A stretch of 64,000 nucleotides of DNA from Patescibacteria group bacterium (lineage in GTDB: Bacteria > Patescibacteriota > Patescibacteriia > Patescibacteriales > JBAZCA01): NCBI GenBank assembly GCA_041671125.1, contig JBAZCA010000001.1, positions 200,120-264,119 on the forward strand, given 5' to 3'. Below the pieces are notes generated by a model that ran no database searches, was not told the origin of the DNA, and worked only from the letters and a program-made list of their open reading frames with translations. Shown here piece by piece: positions 53,816 through 62,288 of the stretch (the first letter of the stretch is position 1; every line of letters starts with the position of its first letter). The position numbers and the translations under genes were made by a program.

Positions 53816-55543
53816 TTAGATTCCTCTCGCCTCGCCCTTGTCTTCGGTTTCCAGCTTAGACCAGGGTAGGCGGCGCTTAAAAGAATTCCAAAAAGCGAAA
53901 AATTCTTCGCTTTGCAAAAGGCGGCAGAATAGAAGAAAAACCGCGATGCCGCCGAGTCCCGAGAAAAGTCCCTGGAACGCCACGCCGAGAAATGTATCCA
54001 TGTCTATAAACGGCCAGACCACGAGTTTTAACCCCTGGACGGACAGGCCGCAGGCAACGGAAGCGAGAATAATTTTCAACGTTGAAACCAATATCCTTTT
54101 CTCGTCCAACTTTCCGGTCTCCATTCTGAGATAAATCCAAAGCAGGATAAAGTTAATGGTACTGGAAATGGAAAAAGCCAAAGCCAGGCCGGCGACGCCC
54201 AAAGGAAGACAAGCGCTTACTCCGCCAAAAGGGCTGAACATTACTCTGCACGACATAATTTTAGGAAGCCAAAGGCAGAGCCCGGTATTCATGGCCACGG
54301 AAAACAAGCCGATGTAAAAAGGCGTCCGGCTGTCGTGCCGGGCGTAAAAAACCCGAACCAGAAGCGGCATGAGCGCCTGCGCTAGAAGGCCGATAGTAAA
54401 AAAAGCTAGGGTATCAATAGTCATAATCGTATCCTCCCAGTCAAAATGGCCGGAACCAAGGATTACCCGGACAATCTGCGCCCGCAAAGTGAGGAGCAGG
54501 ACGGCGGAAGGAATAATAAAAAAAATAATTTGTCTGGCGGCTAAAGAAAAACTTTCCACTAATTTTTCACGATGAAAAGCCTCCCGCGCCAGCGTCGGAA
54601 AAACCGCGACGGCGTAAGAAATCCCGAAAATTCCAACCGGAAACGATTGTAAATTATTAGCAAGATTAAATACCGTGAGCGAACCGCTCTTCAGGGTTGA
54701 GGCGATGATAGTTAAAACTACGAGGTTAATCTGGGTTATGGCGAGCGACATGGTCCGCGGCCCCATCATCCGCATAATTTTCCGCAAATTCTTTTCTTTC
54801 CAGTCAAGTATAAAACGATAGCGAAAACCGAGGCTCCGGACCGAAGGCCATTGGACGAGCATGTGAAGTAGCGCGCCGAGCGTTACGCCCCAAGCCAGGC
54901 CGTGGACGCCGAAAAAAGGTGTTAAAAACAAAGCGCCTAAAATTATCCCGACGTTGTAAAAAACCGGCGCTAAAGAATAAATAAAAAAACGCCTAAACGA
55001 CTGGAGGATGCCGCCGAGTACTGAAGAGACCCCTAAAAATATCGGCGATAAAAACATGATTCGCGTAAGGCTCACGGTAAGCGCTAACTTCTCCCCGCTG
55101 AATCCCGGAGTGATGAGGCGGGTTAAAAACGGCGCGGCAATTATTCCAATAGCGGACAATATAATCAGGCTTACGGCCAGTAAATTTAAAATGTTGCTGG
55201 CGAGCAACCAGGCTTCGGCGTTTCCGTCTTTTTTCTCATTGCCGTTCTGTTTTTTTTCCAAAAATTTTTCGCGTCTTTCGTCTTTCTTTCCGTGTTTTAG
55301 CAAGGAGGTAAAAACCGGGATAAATCCGGCTGACAGAGCGCCTAAAACCAACAAGTTAAAAATTAAATCCGGCACGCGAAAAGCGGCATAATAAATATCC
55401 AAAGTATCGCCGGCGCCGAACTCGCTCGCGAGAATCCTATCCCTGAATATCCCCAAAAGCCGGCTGACTAACGAAAAAAAAGCCACCATGGCGGCCGCCA
55501 GGGTGATGCTGTTAATTTCCCCGTTTAGAATTTTTTTAATCAT
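53816..55543 (-). CDS. murJ: Lipid II flippase MurJ
   Basis: ..SRLLGIFRDRILASEFGAGDTLDIYYAAFRVPDLIFNLLVLGALSAGFIPVF.. The start ATG at 55543 overlaps the upstream stop as ATGA. Confidence 0.9.
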   Translation of the reverse strand: MIKKILNGEINSITLAAAMVAFFSLVSRLLGIFRDRILASEFGAGDTLDIYYAAFRVPDLIFNLLVLGALSAGFIPVFTSLLKHGKKDERREKFLEKKQNGNEKKDGNAEAWLLASNILNLLAVSLIILSAIGIIAAPFLTRLITPGFSGEKLALTVSLTRIMFLSPIFLGVSSVLGGILQSFRRFFIYSLAPVFYNVGIILGALFLTPFFGVHGLAWGVTLGALLHMLVQWPSVRSLGFRYRFILDWKEKNLRKIMRMMGPRTMSLAITQINLVVLTIIASTLKSGSLTVFNLANNLQSFPVGIFGISYAVAVFPTLAREAFHREKLVESFSLAARQIIFFIIPSAVLLLTLRAQIVRVILGSGHFDWEDTIMTIDTLAFFTIGLLAQALMPLLVRVFYARHDSRTPFYIGLFSVAMNTGLCLWLPKIMSCRVMFSPFGGVSACLPLGVAGLALAFSISSTINFILLWIYLRMETGKLDEKRILVSTLKIILASVACGLSVQGLKLVVWPFIDMDTFLGVAFQGLFSGLGGIAVFLLFCRLLQSEEFFAFWNSFKRRLPWSKLETEDKGEARGI

Positions 55544-56715
55544 AACAAATCTTTGATAATTTCCTTTGTCTTTGCGGCAATAGAGTCCCAATCGTAGTTA
55601 TTTTGAACCAATCTTTTTCCGTTTTCAATTATTTTCTTCCTCAGATAAAAATCATCTAAAAGAAGAATTATTTTTTCCTTTATTGACGCCGGGTTGCTCG
55701 CCTCGCAAAAAACCCCTGTTTCATTATCTTTTAAAAAATCCGGAATCCCGCCGACTGGCGTGGCGATAACCGGAATCCCGGCCGCCATGGCTTCTAAAAA
55801 AACATTTCCCAACCCCTCGCTAAGGGACGGGCGGATAAAAACATCGCTTATCCAAAGATATCGCGGCACTTCATTATGCGGAACGCTTCCCAGGAACAAA
55901 ATTCTTTCTTTCAGGTTTAGTTCTTCCGAAAGCTCTTTAAGCCGGCCTTCCAATTCTCCACCGCCAATAACCAATAATTTACATTTAGGCTCGGGTTTTT
56001 CCTTCAGAAGTAACTCCATCGCTCTTATCAAATCCTCAATCCCGTTCTTTTTCACCAATCTGGAAACGGTAATCACAACTCTTTCACTCTCCCCTATTCC
56101 TAATTTAGATTTTAAATTTTGATTTGTAATTTTTAATTTTGAATTTTTAATTTTGAATTTTCTTATGTCTACCCCGTTCGGCACGATCGCTATCTCGCAT
56201 CTCGCCCCGGACGAAACCGCGCGTTTTTTTAAGCTCGCGCTAATGGCGGTAATATAGTCGGCCTTTTTTATCGCCAGCCTGTGGATTGGCTGTACAAAAA
56301 TTTTGAACAGGGCCTCATTATCCAGCGCGTAGCGCTTAAGATGCTCTTCCTCATCTCCCTCCTGCATGTTAAGCAGGAGTTTTTTTTCCGGAAAAAACAT
56401 TTTAAAAAAAGAAGCTGCTAAGCTTCCCTGGCTGGCCATAATTGACCAGGCTACGGAATAATTATTTTTTCGGTTAAGGCTTAAAGCTTTAAAGAACCCG
56501 AAAAAAGGAAGCAAAAACTTATCCAGTTTAGTTCCAAAGCCAACGCGAAAAACATTTACCCGGCCAATCTTTTCCTGTCGGGGCAAAACCCTGTCCAGCC
56601 TGGCGGTAATCAAATCAAATTCAATATCCTTAATCCTGCCGGTAATCTCCTTAACCGCGATTTCCGCTCCGCCAATAAGCGGCAGGTAAGCCGTGGAAAA
56701 AATCAAAACTTTCAT
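55540..56715 (-). CDS. Glycosyltransferase family 4
   Basis: ..GGAEI.., ..VSRLVKKNGI.., ..LVIGGGELE.. and ..RPSLSEGLGNVFLEAMAAGIPVIAT.. (EX7E). Confidence 0.85.
   Translation of the reverse strand: MKVLIFSTAYLPLIGGAEIAVKEITGRIKDIEFDLITARLDRVLPRQEKIGRVNVFRVGFGTKLDKFLLPFFGFFKALSLNRKNNYSVAWSIMASQGSLAASFFKMFFPEKKLLLNMQEGDEEEHLKRYALDNEALFKIFVQPIHRLAIKKADYITAISASLKKRAVSSGARCEIAIVPNGVDIRKFKIKNSKLKITNQNLKSKLGIGESERVVITVSRLVKKNGIEDLIRAMELLLKEKPEPKCKLLVIGGGELEGRLKELSEELNLKERILFLGSVPHNEVPRYLWISDVFIRPSLSEGLGNVFLEAMAAGIPVIATPVGGIPDFLKDNETGVFCEASNPASIKEKIILLLDDFYLRKKIIENGKRLVQNNYDWDSIAAKTKEIIKDLL
56104..56163. repeat. AT-rich period-7 element in frame in the GT4 gene (encodes KFKIKNSKLKITNQNLK)
   Basis: The coding-strand 50-mer AAAATTCAAAATTAAAAATTCAAAATTAAAAATTACAAATCAAAATTTAAA matches 46/50 with 29628-29682. 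Confidence 0.85.
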
Positions 56716-56725
56716 TTATAAACGA

Positions 56726-57658
56726 TTAAATTACGGTTTTAAAATATTCAACCGTCTTTTTAAGACCGTCTTCCAAAAGAACTTTCGGCTCCCAGCCAAG
56801 CATTTTTCTCGCGAGAGCAATATCCGGTTTTCTCCGCCGGGGATCGTCCTCAGGCAGGTTTTTATAAACTATTTTGCTTTTGGAGGCGCAAATTTCAATA
56901 ACCTTTTCAGCCAGTTCTTTGATGGTAAATTCTCCCTCGTTTCCAAGATTAACCGGACCGATAAATCCTTTATCGTTTTCAATCATCTTTATCATGCCAG
57001 CGACCAGGTCATCAACATACTGGAAAGAGCGGGTCTGCGATCCGTCGCCGTAAATGGTGATGTCTTTATTTTTCAGAGCCTGGACAATAAAATTAGAAAC
57101 CACCCGGCCGTCGTTTATCGCCATATTCGGCCCGTAAGTATTAAAAATCCGGACAACGCGGATTGGAAGTTTGTGCTCTCGCCAGTAGTCAAAAAAGAGG
57201 GTTTCGGCGCACCGTTTCCCTTCGTCATAGCAGGAGCGCGGCCCGACCGGATTTACGTTCCCCCAGTATGATTCAACCTGAGGATGGACTTCCGGATCAC
57301 CGTAAACCTCGGAAGTGGAAGCCTGAAGGATTTTCGCGTTAAGCCTTTTAGCGAGGCCAAGCATATTAATTGACCCGTGGACAGAGGTCTTCGTCGTCTG
57401 CACCGGGTCAGACTGATAATGGATAGGCGAAGCCGGACAGGCCAGGTTATAAATTTCGTCCACTTCAATGTAAAGCGGAAAAGTAATGTCATGCCTTACC
57501 AGTTCAAAAAGTTTGTTATCCAGCAAATCCAAAACGTTTTCCTTATTGCCGGTAAAAAAATTGTCAGCGCAAACTACCTCATTTCCCCGCTTTAAAAGTT
57601 CGCGGCAGAGGTGCGACCCGATAAATCCGGCGCCGCCGGTAACTAAAATACGCTTCAT
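56726..57658 (-). CDS. UDP-glucuronate decarboxylase (UDP-xylose synthase)
   Basis: ..[14 protein letters not shown].., ..[14 protein letters not shown].., ..STSEVYGDP.. and ..[11 protein letters not shown].. are highly characteristic of UXS enzymes. Confidence 0.88.
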   Translation of the reverse strand: MKRILVTGGAGFIGSHLCRELLKRGNEVVCADNFFTGNKENVLDLLDNKLFELVRHDITFPLYIEVDEIYNLACPASPIHYQSDPVQTTKTSVHGSINMLGLAKRLNAKILQASTSEVYGDPEVHPQVESYWGNVNPVGPRSCYDEGKRCAETLFFDYWREHKLPIRVVRIFNTYGPNMAINDGRVVSNFIVQALKNKDITIYGDGSQTRSFQYVDDLVAGMIKMIENDKGFIGPVNLGNEGEFTIKELAEKVIEICASKSKIVYKNLPEDDPRRRKPDIALARKMLGWEPKVLLEDGLKKTVEYFKTVI

Positions 57659-57677
57659 AAACTAACAATCAATTTAT

Positions 57678-57721
57678 CCGCCTTTGGCGGAAAAATTGTA
57701 AATTGATAATTGATAATTGGA
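57678..57721. repeat. Small GC hairpin plus period-7 AT tract between the epimerase and UXS genes
   Basis: CCGCC-TTT-GGCGG is followed by AATTG recurring at 57694, 57701, 57708 and 57715. Confidence 0.8.
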
Positions 57722-58624
57722 TTATATTCCCATCTCTTTCTTATACTCCACAATCCATTCAGGAAGATTGACGGCCGGCTCCCAACCGAGAAGCTCTTTA
57801 GCGAGGCTCGTATCGGCGAGCGTCTCGCGCGGTTCAATCCTCGGCGCGATATGTTCAGACGGGCCGCCGATCATGGCCGCCAGTTCGTTGACGCTGAAGT
57901 TATGACCCCGGCCGATATTAATCACCTCGCCTTTTACGGCTTTATCGCTTTCGGCCGCGAGGATATTGGCCCGGACCGCGTCAATCACCGAAGTATAATC
58001 CCTTTTCTGTTCCCCGTCGCCGGTTATGGTCATGGGCTTATTTTCCAGTCTCTGCTTAACAAAAATTCCCATCACCAGGCAATAGGCTCCTTCGGTTGCC
58101 TGCCTTTTGCCGTAAATATTAAAGTACCGGAGCGAGACCGTTGGCAATCCGTAAATTTCCGAAAACAGCCGACAATAAAGTTCGCCGACGTATTTCTGCA
58201 GCCCGTAGGGGCTTAAAGGGCTGACCGGCATTTTTTCGTTCAGGGGCATCTCGGTCTGGTTGCCGTAGGCTGACGATGAAGCGCTATAAACAACTTTCTT
58301 AACTTTGGCGTCGCGGGCGGCGATAAGGACGTTTAAAGTACCGTTCAGGTTTATTTCATTGGAAGTCGCCGGGTCTTCAATGGAAGGCTGGACCCGGGGA
58401 AAAGCGGCCAGGTGAAAAACATAATCCACCCCACTAAACAAAGGCTTTATGGTTTCAAAGTTCCGGATGTCAGCTTTATAAAACTTGGCTCCCGGATTAA
58501 TATTATCTTTATTCCCGGTAGACAAATTATCTATAATAACCACCTCATCCCCCCGTTCTATAAGGGCGTCAACTAAATTTGATCCGATAAATCCGGCTCC
58601 GCCGGTGACTACGCATTTAGCCAT
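57722..58624 (-). CDS. NAD-dependent nucleotide-sugar epimerase/dehydratase (GalE-like)
   Basis: ..[13 protein letters not shown].., ..SSSAYG.. and ..YGLQKY.. (YxxxK). Confidence 0.8.
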   Translation of the reverse strand: MAKCVVTGGAGFIGSNLVDALIERGDEVVIIDNLSTGNKDNINPGAKFYKADIRNFETIKPLFSGVDYVFHLAAFPRVQPSIEDPATSNEINLNGTLNVLIAARDAKVKKVVYSASSSAYGNQTEMPLNEKMPVSPLSPYGLQKYVGELYCRLFSEIYGLPTVSLRYFNIYGKRQATEGAYCLVMGIFVKQRLENKPMTITGDGEQKRDYTSVIDAVRANILAAESDKAVKGEVINIGRGHNFSVNELAAMIGGPSEHIAPRIEPRETLADTSLAKELLGWEPAVNLPEWIVEYKKEMGI

Positions 58625-58635
58625 AATGTATTAAT

Positions 58636-58762
58636 TTTCAATTACCAATTATCAATTTACAATAAATTTTCAATGTTTTAATTTTTCAATTTTTAAACAT
58701 TTGAAAATTGAAGAATTGTTTAATTGGAAATTCATTGGTCATTGAAAATTGATAATTGATCA
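58636..58762. repeat. AT-rich imperfect palindromic intergenic element (family member 2)
   Basis: See 53686-53812. The 16-mer and the 24-mer are shared exactly. Confidence 0.8.
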
Positions 58763-58789
58763 TTTTTTAGAATAAGCTTGCAATTTCTC

Positions 58790-59647
58790 TTATTTTTTCA
58801 TGTTTAGTATTTCATCGCCATATACTCCAACGAGCAAGTCTAAATCCTTGCCGCTCTTTATGAGTAAGCCGTTATTTTTATCCTTCATCGCGTTTAAAAA
58901 AGCCAGTCCCTCCTTATCTCCCACCAAATCTTTATAAAGCGAGGTAAGGGCGGCAAAATCTTTTATAAAGCAATGACCTCCGGCTCCCCTGCCGGTCTGG
59001 TGGATCGGCTGAAGATGGGTGCTGCCGAGCCTCGGGTCGGCGCCAATCGCGTCCCGCACGTTTTCCCATTTACATCCGAGCTTATCGGCGATATCATAAA
59101 GCAAATTAACAAAAACGACTTTTAACGCCAAGAGTCCGTTACCGGCGTATTTTATCAATTCAGCTTCCCGGGAAAAACAGACGAGCCCGAAAGGCGCAAA
59201 AGGCAAAACCTCCATCACTTCTTTGGCTTTCTTCTTAAAAGTTTCATCAAGGCTCGGTATCCCGACAATATTGCGGTTAGGATTGGCGGCGTCATAAGCG
59301 GCCGAAGCTTCGGAGAGGAACTCCGGGGAATGGACGACAAAAATTTTTCGGTTTTCCGCCTGGATTGATTCGGTCGTGCCCGGCAGGATGGTTGATTTGA
59401 TTACGGCGATTTTCCCTTCGCCGACTTCTTTAATAGCTTTCCTTAAGATGCTGTCGTCAAAACCGTCGGGCGTGGTCGGCGTCGGCACGGCGATAAAAAC
59501 GATATCGCAGTCTTTTACTTTTTCCCGATTTCTAACATAAGGCTCTTCTAATGAGTAGCGCACCACCTCATAGCCCCTTTTTTCAAAATCGTCGGCATAA
59601 TTTTTCCCGATCCAACCCTGGCCGATAAATCCGATAAGTTTACCCAT
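58790..59647 (-). CDS. Nucleotide-sugar (UDP-glucose) 6-dehydrogenase family, unusually short form (285 aa)
   Basis: ..GFIGQGWIG.., ..VFIAVPTPT.., ..IKSTILPGTT.., ..HSPEFLSEASA.. and the catalytic-Cys motif ..GAGGHCFIKD.. The ORF ends about 50 aa after this motif, where canonical enzymes carry a C-terminal domain of about 100 aa. Confidence 0.65.
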   Translation of the reverse strand: MGKLIGFIGQGWIGKNYADDFEKRGYEVVRYSLEEPYVRNREKVKDCDIVFIAVPTPTTPDGFDDSILRKAIKEVGEGKIAVIKSTILPGTTESIQAENRKIFVVHSPEFLSEASAAYDAANPNRNIVGIPSLDETFKKKAKEVMEVLPFAPFGLVCFSREAELIKYAGNGLLALKVVFVNLLYDIADKLGCKWENVRDAIGADPRLGSTHLQPIHQTGRGAGGHCFIKDFAALTSLYKDLVGDKEGLAFLNAMKDKNNGLLIKSGKDLDLLVGVYGDEILNMKK

Positions 59648-59786
59648 AAGTTTGATTCTTACTGATTATTATTCTATTATTATGTAAAAGGCGGTAAAAG
59701 TCAAAAATTATAATCCGGGACGCGCGACACATAACCAGTCTGCTGAATTGCTTTAAAGCTGACATGAACATTGTGCGTTATATGTT

Positions 59787-61043
59787 ATGCGAAAAAAAAT
59801 CCTCTACCTCATCACCCAATCCGAAACAGGCGGCGCCCAGCGCTATGTTTTTGATTTGGCCAAAAACCTAAAAGAAGAGTATGACATAAGTGTCGCTTTT
59901 GGCCCGCTTCGCTGGAGCTATGGCGAAGCGGGCCAGCAAAGCGAGGCGAGGAAGCCGGGTAAAACCAGCGAACTGGCAAAAACCTTAAAAAATGAAAATA
60001 TTCCCTATTATATTATCCCCCATCTTAAAAGGGACATTTCACCTTTCAATGATGTAGCCGCGATTTCTGAAATTGTTGCGTTGCTAAAAACAATTCAACC
60101 GGAAATATTACACCTAAACAGCTCAAAAATCTCCATCCTCGGCTCCTTGGCGGGCTTATTTATAAAATTAAAAATTAAAAATTGTAAATTAAAAATTGTA
60201 TATACCGCCCACGGCTGGGTCTTTAACGAACCCATGTCATTTCTAAAAAAACTCTTTTATAAATGGACGGAAAAAATTACCGCGCGTTTTAAGGATAAAA
60301 TTATCTGCGTTTCCGAATTTGACCGGCAAGCCGCCTTAAAAGAAAAAATCGCCCCGCCCGAAAAATTAATCACAATCCATAATGGCATTGGACCGATCAA
60401 CTTTTTATCGCGGGAACAAGCGCGGAAAGAAATTGAATTTAGAATTAAGAATTTAGAATTAAGAGCGCAGAATAAAATTATTATCGGTTCTGTCGGTAAT
60501 TTATATAAAACCAAGGGCTATGAATATCTCATTGAGGCCGCCAAAATCCTAAAAGAAAAATTCTTAATTCCCCGTCTCGCCCTCGGCGAGCCGAGGCGGG
60601 TTAATTCTAAATTTTTAATTTTTATAATTGGCGAGGGTAAAGAAAGAAAAAAACTGGAAGCGCTAATTAAAAAAAACAATCTTGAAGATATGGTTATTCT
60701 GGCTGGCCGGATTCCGGACGCCGCGAGACTGCTCAAAGCTTTTGATATTTATGTTTGTTCCTCAGTCAAGGAAGGTTTATCCTACACTTTAATTGAAGCT
60801 CTGCGAGCCGGACTGCCGATCGTTGCCACTAATGCCGGCGGCAATCCTGAAATTATCGCGGGCGCCGCGGACGGAGCGCTTATTCCGGTCAAAGACGCGA
60901 AAACGCTCGCCAGCCAAATTGAAAAATTCATCAAAGACAAAATCCCGGCCCGGGAACTTTCATCTCTCAGACAAAAAAACCCCCAGGAATTCACACTTGA
61001 TAAAATGATAAAAAAGACAAAAGAAATTTACAATAGTCTATGA
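59787..61043 (+). CDS. Glycosyltransferase family 4 with three AT-rich repeat-encoded insertions
   Basis: ..GGAQRY.., ..SVGNLYKTKGY.., ..IIGEGKERKKLE.. and ..SSVKEGLSYTLIEALRAGLPIVAT.. Confidence 0.85.
   Translation: MRKKILYLITQSETGGAQRYVFDLAKNLKEEYDISVAFGPLRWSYGEAGQQSEARKPGKTSELAKTLKNENIPYYIIPHLKRDISPFNDVAAISEIVALLKTIQPEILHLNSSKISILGSLAGLFIKLKIKNCKLKIVYTAHGWVFNEPMSFLKKLFYKWTEKITARFKDKIICVSEFDRQAALKEKIAPPEKLITIHNGIGPINFLSREQARKEIEFRIKNLELRAQNKIIIGSVGNLYKTKGYEYLIEAAKILKEKFLIPRLALGEPRRVNSKFLIFIIGEGKERKKLEALIKKNNLEDMVILAGRIPDAARLLKAFDIYVCSSVKEGLSYTLIEALRAGLPIVATNAGGNPEIIAGAADGALIPVKDAKTLASQIEKFIKDKIPARELSSLRQKNPQEFTLDKMIKKTKEIYNSL
60163..60200. repeat. Period-7 AT tract in frame (encodes KLKIKNCKLKIV)
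   Basis: aaaattaaaaattaaaaattgtaaattaaaaattgta belongs to the same word family as 29628-29682 and 56104-56163. Confidence 0.8.
60434..60463. repeat. (AATTTAG AATTAAG)x2 period-7 tract in frame (encodes EFRIKNLELR)
   Basis: It is related to the AATTCTT tract at 12335-12365 in the giant gene, which encodes ELRIKNYELR. Confidence 0.8.
60581..60628. repeat. GC hairpin plus period-7 AT tract in frame (encodes ..LGEPRRVNSKFLIFII..)
   Basis: CCTCGGC-GA-GCCGAGG is followed by ttaattc taaattt ttaattt ttataat. Confidence 0.7.
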
Positions 61044-61060
61044 CTCTATGACTCTATGAG
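61037..61060. repeat. (CTATGACT)x2 CTATGAGA octamer tract containing both convergent stop codons
   Basis: The GT4 gene ends ..AGT CTA TGA at 61043. The rarA gene ends with a stop at 61038-61040. The two genes therefore overlap by 6 nt inside the repeat. Confidence 0.9.
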
Positions 61061-62288
61061 ACAAATATTTCTTCCCTTTAATCTTATCCGGCAAATACTC
61101 CTGCTCTTCTTTATAATTATAATCAGGCGAATACTTATAGCCGGCGCCATAACCCAAATCCTTCATCAAACCGGTCGGGGAGTTCCGGATATGGAGCGGC
61201 ACCGGCAGGTTACCAAGCTCCCTGACGTCTCTTTCGGCATTGCCGTAAGCAATATATAGCTCATTGGATTTCTTGCATTTCGCAAGATAGGTAACGGCTT
61301 GGGCGAGTACTACTCCGCACTCGGGCATCCCGATAAAATGACAGGCCTGATAAGCGGCGACGGCCTGTTCCAGCGCCCGGGAATTGGCAAGCCCGATGTC
61401 TTCGGACGCGAACCGCACCAGCCGTCTCGCCACGTATAAAGGATCTTCCCCGCCGGAAAGCATCCGGGCGAGATAATAAAGAGCCGCGTCCGCGTCCGAA
61501 CCGCGCATAGATTTATGCAGAGCGGAAATAATATTGTAATGTTCTTCGCCGTCCTTGTCGTACATGAGGTGGGATTTCTGGAAAGCCTCTTCAATTTCTT
61601 TCCCGCCGATTTTGCCCGCTATGCCGCTTAAATATTCAAGCGCGTTTAAGGCCGCGCGGGCGTCGCCGTTTGACATCCTGGCGATTAATTTTATATCGCC
61701 ATCGGCGATTTCAACTTTTTTTCCGCCAAGCCCGTGTTCTTCATCAGCCAAAGCCCTTTTAATAATTGTTTCCAGCTCGCTTCCGGAAAGCTGGTCTAAA
61801 ACAAAAACCCGGCAACGCGAAAGAAGCGCCGGCCGGATTTCAAAACTTGGATTCTCGGTTGTCGTGCCGATAAAAACTATAGTTCCGTCTTCAATGTGCG
61901 GAAGCAGGGCGTCCTGTTGGGCTTTGTTCCAGCGGTGGATCTCGTCAATAAAAAGCACGGTTTTTTTGTCGTATAAAAGGTTCTCCCTTGCCCGGTCAAT
62001 TATTTTCCTTAAATCGCGCACGCCGCTCGTAACAGCCGAAAACTGGATAAACTCAGCCTTTAAGTATCCTGAAAAAAGCCGAGCCAGCGTCGTTTTTCCC
62101 GATCCCGGCGGACCCCATAAAATCATGGACGGAGCCTCGCCGGCTTCAATCGCTTTCCTGAGCATGGCATTTTTGCCCGCCACTTTTTCCTGCCCGACAA
62201 TCTCTTCTAGAACGCGGGGGCGCATCCGGTCGGCCAAAGGCGCGAATTTTCTTTTATCCTTTTCCATATTTTTTACGCCGCTTATCAT
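61038..62288 (-). CDS. rarA: Replication-associated recombination protein A (RarA/MgsA AAA+ ATPase)
   Basis: ..PLADRMRP.., ..LWGPPGSGKTTLA.., ..LFIDEIHRWNK.. and ..GDAR.. The alternative start is the Met at 62267. Either start overlaps the 3-prime end of uppS. Confidence 0.9.
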   Translation of the reverse strand: MISGVKNMEKDKRKFAPLADRMRPRVLEEIVGQEKVAGKNAMLRKAIEAGEAPSMILWGPPGSGKTTLARLFSGYLKAEFIQFSAVTSGVRDLRKIIDRARENLLYDKKTVLFIDEIHRWNKAQQDALLPHIEDGTIVFIGTTTENPSFEIRPALLSRCRVFVLDQLSGSELETIIKRALADEEHGLGGKKVEIADGDIKLIARMSNGDARAALNALEYLSGIAGKIGGKEIEEAFQKSHLMYDKDGEEHYNIISALHKSMRGSDADAALYYLARMLSGGEDPLYVARRLVRFASEDIGLANSRALEQAVAAYQACHFIGMPECGVVLAQAVTYLAKCKKSNELYIAYGNAERDVRELGNLPVPLHIRNSPTGLMKDLGYGAGYKYSPDYNYKEEQEYLPDKIKGKKYLSHRVIES

